DNA of 29,679 nt, taken from Candidatus Latescibacterota bacterium (lineage in GTDB: Bacteria; Latescibacterota; UBA2968; UBA8231). Shown one piece after another: positions 8,824-17,907 of the stretch. Where the stretch lies: positions 1-29,679 of the forward strand of contig CBDBIJ010000059.1 in the NCBI GenBank assembly GCA_965205655.1, in the 5' to 3' direction. Within the stretch, counting starts at the first letter, position 1; every line of letters starts with the position of its first letter. The position numbers were made by a program, and so were the translations under genes. The notes beneath the pieces were generated by a model. It was not told where the DNA came from. It did not search any database and saw only the letters and a program-made list of their open reading frames with translations.

Positions 8824-9705
8824 GTGCTGACGCAGCAACAGATTCAGGAGTTTGAGCGCAACGGGTTTATCAACGCCGGTGCGGCTCTCGAGCTGGAAGA
8901 AGTCGACGAGCTGGGGGTCGAGCTCGATCGAATTCTCGCGTTGGGCCCCGATGGGTTCGCGCCGTCACACCAGCAGCCAGTCTGTTTTCGCGATCTGGGA
9001 GACGGCGCCGCCGGCGGTGTCAGCGACAATCCGGTGTGGCAGATCGTCAACATCTGGGAAGCATCACCGGTATTCCAGCGGCTCCTGTATCATCCCTTCA
9101 TCGTCAAGGCGGTGAGTCAACTGACGGCCAATCCCGATCTGACGGTGTGGCACGATCAGATCCAATACAAGCCGGCCAGCTATGGCGGCAGTCTGCGGTG
9201 GCACCAGGACGCGCCCGCGTGGCCGATCATCAAGCCGATGACATCGGTATCGGCGTGGCTGCCTATGGACGACGCCGACAAAGAGAACGGATGTATGTGG
9301 ATGGTGCCCGGCAGCTTCAAGTGGGGGAACCAGACGGAGTTTCTGAAGACGCACCGTCAGCTGACGCAACTCGATGAGTTTGGGGACCTTCGAGGATTTA
9401 CGCCGCCCGAGGGCGCCGAGATCCCCGGCGTCAAACCGCGGCCGATGCCGGTGAAACGCGGCGAAGTCGCCTTTCACCACAGCCTCAACTGGCACGGGTC
9501 TCCGTTCAACACGTCCGGGCGCCAGCGGCGGGCGATCGCCATTCACTACATGACAGGTGACGCCGTGTTCGACGCCAGTGGAGAGCACCTCATGAAGCAG
9601 TTCGTAGAGGTCGAAGACGGCGGGCCGATGAGCGCGGCGGGAGCGCACTTTCCGATGGTATGCAAAGACGGGGAGCCTCTGCCGGCACCTTCAGCCAGCT
9701 CCTAG
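8824..9705 (+). CDS. PhyH-family Fe(II)/2-oxoglutarate dioxygenase
   Basis: AGGAGG RBS then GTG 8824. LTQQQIQEFERNGF, WHQD, ENGCMWMVPGS, WHGS...RRAIAIHY. Confidence 0.9.
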   Translation: MLTQQQIQEFERNGFINAGAALELEEVDELGVELDRILALGPDGFAPSHQQPVCFRDLGDGAAGGVSDNPVWQIVNIWEASPVFQRLLYHPFIVKAVSQLTANPDLTVWHDQIQYKPASYGGSLRWHQDAPAWPIIKPMTSVSAWLPMDDADKENGCMWMVPGSFKWGNQTEFLKTHRQLTQLDEFGDLRGFTPPEGAEIPGVKPRPMPVKRGEVAFHHSLNWHGSPFNTSGRQRRAIAIHYMTGDAVFDASGEHLMKQFVEVEDGGPMSAAGAHFPMVCKDGEPLPAPSASS

Positions 9706-9723
9706 CCTACCGACTGAGACCAG

Positions 9724-10527
9724 CTATCCGTAGGCCCCTCGCGGCAGGAAGCCGAGCAGCCGTTGGCGGCGCTCGTCTGCTCCGGCGAAGACGTGCTCGG
9801 GCATCTGGTAGTTCATGAACGGGTAATACTTGTGGCCTATCACGCGGCGTGCGTAGCTGATCTGGGTGATATAGCGGGTGCGTTTGCTGGCATTCGGAGC
9901 GCCGCGGTGCCACACCTGGTTGTTGAACATGATGACACTGCCTGCCGGTCCGACATTCGATACCACCTGGTCTTCGTAGTCGCTACCCTCGAACGGCTTC
10001 GGAGGCCCGGCGCCTAGCAGGTGCGATCGCGGCACGGTCTGCGTCGGCCCGTTTTCGACGGTATCCACATCCGTGAGGTAGTAGTTGCAGGTGAACAGCA
10101 AAACCGGCAAGCGCACGTTGTCCGGCGGCTCGCCATGTGTGATCTCGAAGTGGGGGGCATCGTCCTGATGCCAGCCAGTGATGCCTCCACCCGGGGGACA
10201 GCGAAAACTGTTGTTGTGGATGACATGGCAATCCGGGGCCACGAGGCGCTCCGCGAAGGTGACGATCGGTTCCATGTCGAAGAGTCGCAGGTTCGCGTTG
10301 CTGGTCTCGAACATGCGGTGATGGAGCTCGATCTTCGGATTTCCGGCTGAAGATTTCTCGAGGGCGCGATCGAGGTCGTGGCGCAGTTCGGCGCACCAGT
10401 CGGGCGGCAGTACATTGCGGAGAAAGAGGCAGCCGTCGCGATTGAACTGCTCGACCCAGCCGGTGATCAATTCGTCGTCAGGCCCCTGGCCGTCCAGGCA
10501 GTCCGGCGCTCTATCCAAACTGCTCAT
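9724..10527 (-). CDS. PhyH-family Fe(II)/2-oxoglutarate dioxygenase
   Basis: FNRDGCLFLRNVL, WHQD, ENGPTQTVPRSH, AGSVIMFNNQVWHRGAPN. Confidence 0.9.
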   Translation of the reverse strand: MSSLDRAPDCLDGQGPDDELITGWVEQFNRDGCLFLRNVLPPDWCAELRHDLDRALEKSSAGNPKIELHHRMFETSNANLRLFDMEPIVTFAERLVAPDCHVIHNNSFRCPPGGGITGWHQDDAPHFEITHGEPPDNVRLPVLLFTCNYYLTDVDTVENGPTQTVPRSHLLGAGPPKPFEGSDYEDQVVSNVGPAGSVIMFNNQVWHRGAPNASKRTRYITQISYARRVIGHKYYPFMNYQMPEHVFAGADERRQRLLGFLPRGAYG

Positions 10528-10565
10528 CGAGGCTCCATATTACACTCTCAGTCTGTCTCCACTCG

Positions 10566-10594
10566 AGTATGATGAAACGACGGTGCTCTGTCGA
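10566..10594 (-). promoter_or_regulatory. Sigma70-like promoter upstream of PhyH gene 9724-10527
   Basis: Minus strand TCGACA-17 nt-CATACT; near-identical to 12400-12428. Confidence 0.65.
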
Positions 10595-10614
10595 GGGAAA
10601 GGAGGGCCAAATCA

Positions 10615-11188
10615 ATGAGTCGCCACTTCGGCTCGATGCGACAGATCGGGGTCGTGGTTCGTGACCTCGACGCCGCGTTGCAGTATTGGACAGAGGCTCT
10701 TGGGGTTGGTCCGTTCTTCGTCTTGCCGAAGTTATCGCCCGAGGAGTTCCGCTACCTTGGACAGCCGTCTCCTCCTCCGCTAATCAGTATCGCGTTCGCG
10801 AACTCCGGCGATATGCAGGTGGACATTGATCCAGCAGCACGACGATCATCCCAGTGCCTACCGCGACTTTCTGGAGGCAGGTCGGGAGGGGATCCAGCAT
10901 GTCGGGGCGTGGCTGAATCCCAAAGACTATGACGCGACGTTGGCAGGGCAGCTCGCAGCCGGGGTCTCTGTGGTGCACGAGGGAAGGATTCCGGGGCGCG
11001 GTGTTCGCTTCGCCTATTTCGCGACTGAGGCTCCTGCCGGCGTCATGTACGAGATTTCGGATCTGATCCAGCCACACACATATCCGCTGCACCAGATGAT
11101 CGCCGTGGCCGCACAGGAATGGGACGGTTCAGACCCGGTGCGGGAGCTGCGAAGCCTAGCTGCCACCCTCCCAACCGATGAATCCTGA
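10615..11188 (+). pseudogene. VOC family (glyoxalase / methylmalonyl-CoA epimerase-like) protein with +1 frameshift at ~10824
   Basis: RQIGVVVRDLDAALQYWTEALGVGPF...NSGDMQV[E]LIQQ...EGIQHVG...MYEI. GTGGACATTG restores to GTG GAA TTG on deleting one C. AAAGGAG RBS. May be a sequencing error. Confidence 0.8.
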
Positions 11189-11210
11189 CAGGCCGGAGTC
11201 GATTGCCGCG

Positions 11211-11249
11211 GACGGGCGTCTGGAGACGGGCGTCTGGAGACAGGCGTCT
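11211..11249. repeat. 14-bp tandem repeat (GACGGGCGTCTGGA x2.8) with internal palindrome between convergent genes
   Basis: Units at 11211-11224, 11225-11238, 11239-11249. (A)GACG-gg-CGTC(T) is self-complementary. Confidence 0.85.
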
Positions 11250-12365
11250 CTAGTTAGTCGCTCCGATGGCTCGGTTGAATCTGGGGACGACTTCTTTGGC
11301 GAACAGGTCATGACTCACGCGCCAGCGTTCGCGATCGTCCCAGTCGTGAGCGGTGAGAACGAGGGTTCCGAAACTGCCGATGCGATCGCGAAGTTCCAGG
11401 AGCTGTTCAGTCACCGCGTCAGGATCGCCGGCGATGACGACCTGGTCCATGAAGTAGTCCAGGTTGCACTCCTCGTCCCTCATCTCGGGGTAGGGCTTCC
11501 ACAGGCCGAGTCCCTGCGGGGCAATGGCCTGCGTGATGTCGCAGATGTACTGAATGCAGAAAGCGAGCGAATTGTTTCGGGCGAGCTTGCGGGCCTCGTC
11601 AGTGGAGTCCGCCACGAAGATGTTGCGCGACACGCACCAGTCGCCCGGGTCGGCCTCCAGTTGAGCAGACTCCGCACCCTCGCAGTAGGTCTTCCATGAA
11701 GCGGCCACCACGTCCGGGTGGAGCATGTGGTGACTGATGGGCCGAAATTCACGGGCGGCGGCGAGCTGCAACCCGCGGGACGCGGCGGACATGCTGGGAA
11801 CGAAGATGGGTGGATGCGGCCGCTGAAACGGCTTGTGAAGGATGCCGATTCCGAATCTCTCGTCGATGTTCTCCGAGAGGCAGACGTTCCAGAACGTCCC
11901 GCGAATGTCGTAGGGTGCGTCCGTGGTCCAGATCTTCACGATCATGTCGATTGACTCGGAGATGCGGGGCCCTACCTCCTCCGGGTCGATTCCGTAGACT
12001 TCATTGTCCGTCGGTATGGCGCCGGGTCCGAGGCAGACGTTGAGCCGGCCGTGGGAGAGGTGATCGAGGAACGCCAGCCGGCTGGCGACGTGGGCGGGGT
12101 GGTGGTACTGGAGGCAGACGGGAGCGGGACCGATCCGCAGGGTTTCGGTCATGGCCAGCACTTTGGCGAGAAAGATCTCCGGCATGACGATGCTCTCGTA
12201 CACGGAGGAATGGTGTTCGCCGACCCAGAAATCGCTGAAGCCGAGCTGGTCGCACCGAACCGCCAGCTCCAGATCCTCATCGAAGCATTGAGCCAGGGGT
12301 TTGGCCGGATCGTGGATGGGCATTACGAACATGCCGTATTTCAATGGAGAAACACTCTGTGCCAC
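11250..12365 (-). CDS. LLM-class flavin-dependent monooxygenase (paralog of 3270-4396)
   Basis: LKYGMFVMPIH, LGFSDFWVGEHH, RLAFLDHLSHGRLN, KPFQRPHPPI, LFAKEVVPRF. GGAG RBS before GTG. Confidence 0.92.
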   Translation of the reverse strand: MAQSVSPLKYGMFVMPIHDPAKPLAQCFDEDLELAVRCDQLGFSDFWVGEHHSSVYESIVMPEIFLAKVLAMTETLRIGPAPVCLQYHHPAHVASRLAFLDHLSHGRLNVCLGPGAIPTDNEVYGIDPEEVGPRISESIDMIVKIWTTDAPYDIRGTFWNVCLSENIDERFGIGILHKPFQRPHPPIFVPSMSAASRGLQLAAAREFRPISHHMLHPDVVAASWKTYCEGAESAQLEADPGDWCVSRNIFVADSTDEARKLARNNSLAFCIQYICDITQAIAPQGLGLWKPYPEMRDEECNLDYFMDQVVIAGDPDAVTEQLLELRDRIGSFGTLVLTAHDWDDRERWRVSHDLFAKEVVPRFNRAIGATN

Positions 12366-12399
12366 GAGAAACTCCTCTCTGCCTTCGGCCTAGAACGGT

Positions 12400-12428
12400 A
12401 TTATGATGAAACGGCGTCGCCCTGTCGA
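12400..12428 (-). promoter_or_regulatory. Sigma70-like promoter upstream of LLM gene 11250-12365
   Basis: Minus strand TCGACA-17 nt-CATAAT. Confidence 0.7.
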
Positions 12429-12833
12429 GGGCGTTTTTGGCTCAAGCTAGGAGATCAGCTATGACTCGGATTCCATTGGCAGTCTTGTGCGGCGCTCTTC
12501 TGTGCACGCACCTCATGCCCCTTGGCGCGGGCGCGCAGTCACAAACCGACTACGATCTCGTGTTCTCTTCGGGCGCCAACATCTTCGTCATGAGCGCAGA
12601 TGGTAGCGACGTCAAACAGCTTACTGACACCGAAGCGGATCTTCGTCCGATCTGGTCTCCCGATGGAACTCGGATTGCCTTTGACTCGAACAGGAGTGGC
12701 AGCGCCGAGATCTACATCATGAATGCAGAAGGCACCCAAACCGTCAGGCTCACCGACTTCGAAGGGGCCGACTCGCACGCGACATGGTCTCCCGCAGGAA
12801 GCCGCCTGGCGTTTGTGTCACAGCGGCGCGCGA

Positions 12834-14262
12834 CGCTTTGTCCCGATCTTAGTTGAAACAGCACAGGCTCCAATCGTTACGTTTTGATACGAGAAGCCCG
12901 TTGGAAGAAGTCTCGCATCGGTAACGATGGGGAGCCTGCAATGAGCAAGCTAGTAGCACGGAAGAAGGGCGTCAAACGAACGGTGAGCATCGGCAAGGTA
13001 GCACCCGAGACTGCAGAGCAAGTAGAGGACCTGGATGGCCGGATTGAGGCGATCCAATGGCTGATTCCCTTGGGGCTGCAGGCGGTCGCGGAGGAGCTGC
13101 AAAGAGCGGTCGTTGAGTTGGCTGGGCCGCGGTATCAGCGCAAGGGGTCGGATCAGCCGTTACGCCGCTGGGGGTCTCAGCTCGGGTCGGTGTACCTGGC
13201 CGACCAGAAACTACCCGTCGATGTGCCGCGGGTGCGCAACGTGGCCAACCATACCGAGGTCCCGCTGGATGTTTACCAGGCACTGCAGACGCCTCGACAG
13301 ATGGACGAAGGTCTGCTGTTGCGGATGCTGAAGGGCATCGCCACGCGCAACTACGAGGCCTGCGCTGAGGCCGTACCCGAGGCCTTTGGTCTGTCATCCT
13401 CATCGGTGTCCTGTCGTTACGTGAAAGGCACGGCTCGAAAGCTGGCTGAATTCCAGGAGCGATCCCTGGAAGGATATGATCTGGTGGCGCTATTCCTCGA
13501 CGGCAAGAGCTTCGCGGACGAGGAGATCATCATCGCCCTGGGCGTCACCCTCGACGGACAGAAGATTCCTCTTGGCTTCGTGCAGGCGGCCACGGAAAAC
13601 GAGCGCGTCTGCCGTCGCTTCCTGTCCGATCTGGTCGAACGCGGTATGCAGTACGAAGCCGGACTGTTGGTCGTCATCGACGGCGCCAAGGGGCTTTACA
13701 AGGCGGTGATGTCGGTGCTCAAAGGACATGCCTGCGTGCAGCGCTGCCAGTATCACAAGCGCCAGAACGTCGTGTCGTATCTGTCCAAAAGCGAGCAGTC
13801 CGGTATGGGTCGCAAGATGGAGGCGGCCTACGGCAAACCGAGATACGAGGCGGCCAAGGCGGCACTGGACGCGCTCAAACCGGGCTTGAAGTTGATGAAT
13901 CAGTCCGCCCTACACAGCCTCGAGGAAGGCATGGAAGAGACCCTCACACTCCATCGGTTGGGACTGACGCCGATGCTCAAGGATTCCTTCCGCACCACCA
14001 ACTGCATCGAGAACGTCAACAGTCTCCTGGAGCAGCTCACACACAACGTGCGACGCTGGACCAACTCATCACAGCGTCACCGTTGGGTAGCCACGGCACT
14101 GCTCGACATCGAACCACGTCTGCGCAGGGTCAAGGGCTATCGCCATCTGCCGATGCTCCGGCAAGCCATACAAGCCGAACTCGGCATCAAACAGCTCGCG
14201 ATGATGGGCTGACACACTCACCCGAGCCTGTGATTTGTTTCAACTGAAACTGGGCCTTGACC
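12834..14262 (+). mobile_element. IS256-family insertion sequence
   Basis: Imperfect terminal IRs: left CCCGATCTTAGTTGAAACAGCACAGGCTC, right GAGCCTGTGATTTGTTTCAACTGAAACTGGG. Target CAGCGCGA at 14263-14270 with an imperfect left copy at 12821-12833. Left boundary uncertain (12826-12835). Confidence 0.88.
12941..14212 (+). CDS. IS256/Mutator-family DDE transposase (intact frame)
   Basis: GGGGAG RBS before ATG 12941. LFLDGK (D), VVIDGAKGL (D), QRCQYHK (CxxH), TTNCIENVNS (E). Confidence 0.92.
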   Translation: MSKLVARKKGVKRTVSIGKVAPETAEQVEDLDGRIEAIQWLIPLGLQAVAEELQRAVVELAGPRYQRKGSDQPLRRWGSQLGSVYLADQKLPVDVPRVRNVANHTEVPLDVYQALQTPRQMDEGLLLRMLKGIATRNYEACAEAVPEAFGLSSSSVSCRYVKGTARKLAEFQERSLEGYDLVALFLDGKSFADEEIIIALGVTLDGQKIPLGFVQAATENERVCRRFLSDLVERGMQYEAGLLVVIDGAKGLYKAVMSVLKGHACVQRCQYHKRQNVVSYLSKSEQSGMGRKMEAAYGKPRYEAAKAALDALKPGLKLMNQSALHSLEEGMEETLTLHRLGLTPMLKDSFRTTNCIENVNSLLEQLTHNVRRWTNSSQRHRWVATALLDIEPRLRRVKGYRHLPMLRQAIQAELGIKQLAMMG

Positions 14263-14857
14263 CAGCGCGACGGCAACAGGGAGATCTACTCTATCTCTGC
14301 AGACGGTAGTGGTTTGCAGCGACTGACTGACAATGTCAATCTGGATACGACACCTTCGTGGTCTCCAGACGGAACCCGGATCGCGTTCAGCTCGGACCGG
14401 GACGGCAACAAGGAAGTCTACGTCATGAACGCTAACGGAACGGGTGTCACACGATTGACCGAGAACGGAGCGACCGATTTCAGTCCATCATGGTCACCGG
14501 ATGGGGAGCGAATCGCCTTCTACTCGGCCAGACACGGCAACGACGACATTTTTACGATGAACCCCGACGGGAGTGAACAGCTGCGCATAACCAGCTCCCC
14601 GGAGCAGGACTGTATCGGAAACACTCCCTGGTCGCCGGACGGTTCCAGGATCGCATTCTTCCGGAATACAGATGGTCAGGACTGGGAGATCTACGTCATG
14701 AACGCGGATGGCGCGGACGGAGTCCGATTGACGGACAACTCAATCCACGACCAGCATCCTTCGTGGCGTCCGGCGCATGGTGGAACGGTGGTCTCGTCCG
14801 CGACGTGGGGGCGGGTCAAGAAGGCGGCATCCAGTGGAACCGCCGCCGGCGAGGCTC

Positions 14858-16159
14858 CTAGGCGTATAGATTCTGCCCCTGCGCAATGAAGTCTTTGAAG
14901 CCGCCACTGTCCCTGGAGGCCTCGGTGAGGCGCTTCGCCCCTTCAGTCAAAGTCTCGATTCCTGTAGCAATAGAAATACGCAAGTAGTGCTGGCCCTCAC
15001 TCTGGATTTTGCCGAAGGACCTGCGATCCATAAGGGCTACGCCATGCCGGTAGAGGGCGAACATCTGGAACAAAGTTGAGGGACTCGTGTTCACTCGCGC
15101 CTCCTCTGACAAATCCTCAAAGGCATCCATCGCCCCAAGATTCTGGCAGAGCTCGGCGATATTCGGAAAAACGTAAAATGCGCCGGCGGGAGACAGACTT
15201 CGGACACCGGCGATTTCGTTGAGGGCCGGAACAAAAAAATCTCTGCGCTGCTGGAAAGCCTGCACCATCGTCTGCAGCGCCGCATCTCTCTCCGCTGACG
15301 TCAGGGCAACAGTACCACCCATCTGCAGGAAAGGTGGAACGCAGGAAAAGTAGTTGATGTTGAGATTCTTGAAGACCTCGGCCTCCTCCGCTGTGGGAAA
15401 AGCGGCATATCCGATTCTCCCCCCAGTCCAACTGAAGCTCTTGGAGAGTCCGCTGAGAATGATCGTTCGCTCCTGCATCCCGCGTACTGCAGCGATGCTG
15501 GCGTGTTGTCTGTCATCGAAAATGATGTCTTCGTAGATCTCGTCCGAAAAGATGCGGCAGTTCGGTGAGCAGCGTTCCAGAATGACGGACGCGATTTCCT
15601 CTAACTGCGTGGCCGAAGCCACCCCTCCGGTCGGATTGGATGGGAAGTTCAGGAAGATCATCTTGGTGCGGGGCGTAATCAGACTCGATAACTCCTCCCC
15701 CGTGAAACTGAAACCGTGCTCCTCCCTGAGGATCAGGGGTACCGGGACTGCGTCCATTACCGGAATGACAGACTCGTAGATGGGAAAGCCGGGACTTGGA
15801 TAGATTACTTCGTCACCCGGGTTCAGATAGGCGTGCTGCGCCAGGCCGATGCTGGGCTTGGCTCCGGGAAAAACGACCACCTGTTCCGGCACGACGTCGA
15901 TTCCACGGCTGTGACTGAAGTGCCGGGCGATGGCTTCGCGAAAGGGCAGAACACCTTGGGGATCGCAGTAGTGAGTGTTGCCGTTGTCGAGCTGACGTTT
16001 GACCTCCTCGGTGATGTACTCCGGCAGATCAAAATCCGGCTCGCCCAGATTGAATTTGACGATCTGCGGGCCCTGAGATTCGAGCCGTGCGATATGGGGC
16101 CCGATCTTGAAAGCGTTCTCGGTGTCGATAAGAGCGAATCGTTCTGAGTAAAGTTCCAT
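14858..16159 (-). CDS. PLP-dependent aminotransferase class I/II (aspartate aminotransferase-like)
   Basis: NLGEPDF, NFPSNPTGG, SDEIYE, SGLSKSFSWTGGRIGY (PLP lysine), PAGAFYVFPN. Confidence 0.93.
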   Translation of the reverse strand: MELYSERFALIDTENAFKIGPHIARLESQGPQIVKFNLGEPDFDLPEYITEEVKRQLDNGNTHYCDPQGVLPFREAIARHFSHSRGIDVVPEQVVVFPGAKPSIGLAQHAYLNPGDEVIYPSPGFPIYESVIPVMDAVPVPLILREEHGFSFTGEELSSLITPRTKMIFLNFPSNPTGGVASATQLEEIASVILERCSPNCRIFSDEIYEDIIFDDRQHASIAAVRGMQERTIILSGLSKSFSWTGGRIGYAAFPTAEEAEVFKNLNINYFSCVPPFLQMGGTVALTSAERDAALQTMVQAFQQRRDFFVPALNEIAGVRSLSPAGAFYVFPNIAELCQNLGAMDAFEDLSEEARVNTSPSTLFQMFALYRHGVALMDRRSFGKIQSEGQHYLRISIATGIETLTEGAKRLTEASRDSGGFKDFIAQGQNLYA

Positions 16160-16221
16160 CCTTGACCTCGTGTGGCCACCCGAGTAGTCTCGACTGCCGA
16201 ATGAAGGAGATGAATTAACGG

Positions 16222-16884
16222 ATGAAGATTACGGCGGTCAAAACACACCGGACCTGGCCGTCAGTGGTAGCGATCTCAGCGCTGTCACTCGTCGGGCTGT
16301 CATGCGATGACGGAACACAGGACGGACATGCGGGGCGGGAACTGCCTCGGCGGGGCGCAGCCGCTGACGAGCTACCCGTGCTGGCGACGCTTCCCGAATT
16401 CAGCTTCATCAGCCAGAGTGGCGACTCCTTCGGATCGGCCGAGCTCAAGGGGCACACGTGGATCGCCAACTTCATCTTCACGCGCTGCGTCATGAGTTGT
16501 CCGATGCAGACAGCCAGGATGGCGGAGTTACAGGAGCCGCTGAGGGGCCATGCCCTGTGGAATGAGATCTCGATGGTGAGCTTCAGCGTCGATCCGGAGT
16601 ACGATACGCCGCAGGTGCTGCGCTCCTACGCTGAGCAATACGGAGCAGACGGGGGTCACTGGAAGTTTCTCACGGGGGCGCGGGAAGATATCTGGCAACT
16701 CAGCAAGAAAGGATTCAAGCTGCCGGTGGCAGAGGAGCAGATGGAGGTGGGGTTGCCACTGTTCCACAGCTCCATGCTCGTGCTCGTTGACGGGCAGCAG
16801 CAGATCAGGGGCTACTACGACGGCCTCGGGGCAGAAGGGCTCGAGAAAATCCGCAATGATCTCGACCGGATACTGATTCGGTAG
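16222..16884 (+). CDS. SCO1/SenC-family copper chaperone, probable lipoprotein
   Basis: Lipobox-like LVGLSC; FIFTRCVMSCP (CxxxC), SVDPEYDTP, LFHSSMLVLVD. Confidence 0.9.
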   Translation: MKITAVKTHRTWPSVVAISALSLVGLSCDDGTQDGHAGRELPRRGAAADELPVLATLPEFSFISQSGDSFGSAELKGHTWIANFIFTRCVMSCPMQTARMAELQEPLRGHALWNEISMVSFSVDPEYDTPQVLRSYAEQYGADGGHWKFLTGAREDIWQLSKKGFKLPVAEEQMEVGLPLFHSSMLVLVDGQQQIRGYYDGLGAEGLEKIRNDLDRILIR

Positions 16885-16910
16885 GGGAGTCGTGCGGGAG
16901 GGAATCGAGG

Positions 16911-17882
16911 GTGACTGAGAAAACGCTGAAGGTCGTACTGGGCTGCGATCTCGGAGAGGATTTTGTCGCCGGACTTCGAGAGGAGTTCACCCAGGTCGAT
17001 TTTCGAATCGGAGTGACACCGGAAGACCAGGCCAGAGAGGCGGTCGATGCCGAGGTGATCTGGGGGACCATGCATCGGGAGGGCTTTGCGGCTGCTGGGA
17101 ACCTCAAATGGTACTGCTCCATCGGTATTGGATTCGACGGCCTGCTAAGGAAGATTCCGGAACTGAAGAAGAGCGACGTGACGATGACGATAAGTCGGGG
17201 GGCTCACGTGGGTGCCATGGCTGATTGGGTATTCGCCATGATCCTGGCTTTCGCCCACCGGTTGCGCGATTCCCTGGAGGATCAGCGGAATCACGTCTGG
17301 GACACGCTCAAATACCGCCGAACGATAACGGAACTGGCCGGCACGACGATGGGGATTCTGGCATTCGGGGGTATCGGCCGGGCCGTGGCTAAGCGCGCCG
17401 CCGGGTTCGACATGGAGGTGTTCGCCGCCGATATGACGCCGACACCGGCGCCACCAGGGGTGCGGGAGGTCTGGGGGCTGGATCGCCTCGACGAGCTGTT
17501 GAGGATTTCGGACTGGCTCGTGGTTACGGCGCCGATGACACCTCAGACCGCCGGCATGATCGGCCGGGAGAGGTTGGCGAAGATCAAGAAGGGCGCCCAC
17601 GTTTTCGTTGTGTCGAGGGGCGGGATCATCGAGGAGGAGGCGCTTGCCGAGGCCCTGCAATCGGGCCGAGTGGCAGGTGCGGCACTCGATGCTCTGGTGC
17701 ACGAACCTCCGCGAGAAGACGACCCGCTGTGGGACTTGCCGAATGTCATCATCACAGCGCACTCATCTGCGGAGTCGGCAGGGACCATAGATCGACGCGC
17801 AGAGATCTTCAAGGAAAACCTGCGACGCTACATCGCCGGCGAGCCGCTGATGTTCGAGGTGGACAAGAGCCGCGGTTTTTGA
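16911..17882 (+). CDS. D-2-hydroxyacid dehydrogenase (NAD(P)-dependent)
   Basis: GILAFGGIGRAVA, VSRGGII, LDALVHEP, NVIITAHSS. Confidence 0.92.
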   Translation: MTEKTLKVVLGCDLGEDFVAGLREEFTQVDFRIGVTPEDQAREAVDAEVIWGTMHREGFAAAGNLKWYCSIGIGFDGLLRKIPELKKSDVTMTISRGAHVGAMADWVFAMILAFAHRLRDSLEDQRNHVWDTLKYRRTITELAGTTMGILAFGGIGRAVAKRAAGFDMEVFAADMTPTPAPPGVREVWGLDRLDELLRISDWLVVTAPMTPQTAGMIGRERLAKIKKGAHVFVVSRGGIIEEEALAEALQSGRVAGAALDALVHEPPREDDPLWDLPNVIITAHSSAESAGTIDRRAEIFKENLRRYIAGEPLMFEVDKSRGF

Positions 17883-17907
17883 GGTGATTGCCACGGAGGG
17901 AACGACA

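Larger units (their letters stand above)
12461..14889 (+). pseudogene. Exported PD40/TolB-like beta-propeller protein interrupted by IS256
   Basis: Signal peptide MTRIPLAVLCGALLCTHLMPLGAGA; repeated PxWSPDGxRIAF and EIYxMNADG motifs on both sides. Joining 12820 to 14263 gives in-frame FVSQRDGNREIY (328 aa). Confidence 0.9.

Noticed and set aside
11211..11249. Mini-CRISPR array
   Set aside because: Units are 14 bp, adjacent, with no spacers.
16222..16250. SCO N-terminus MKITAVKTH resembles enolase-superfamily starts (possible gene-fusion scar)
   Set aside because: Only nine residues, and it works as the basic n-region of a lipoprotein signal peptide.
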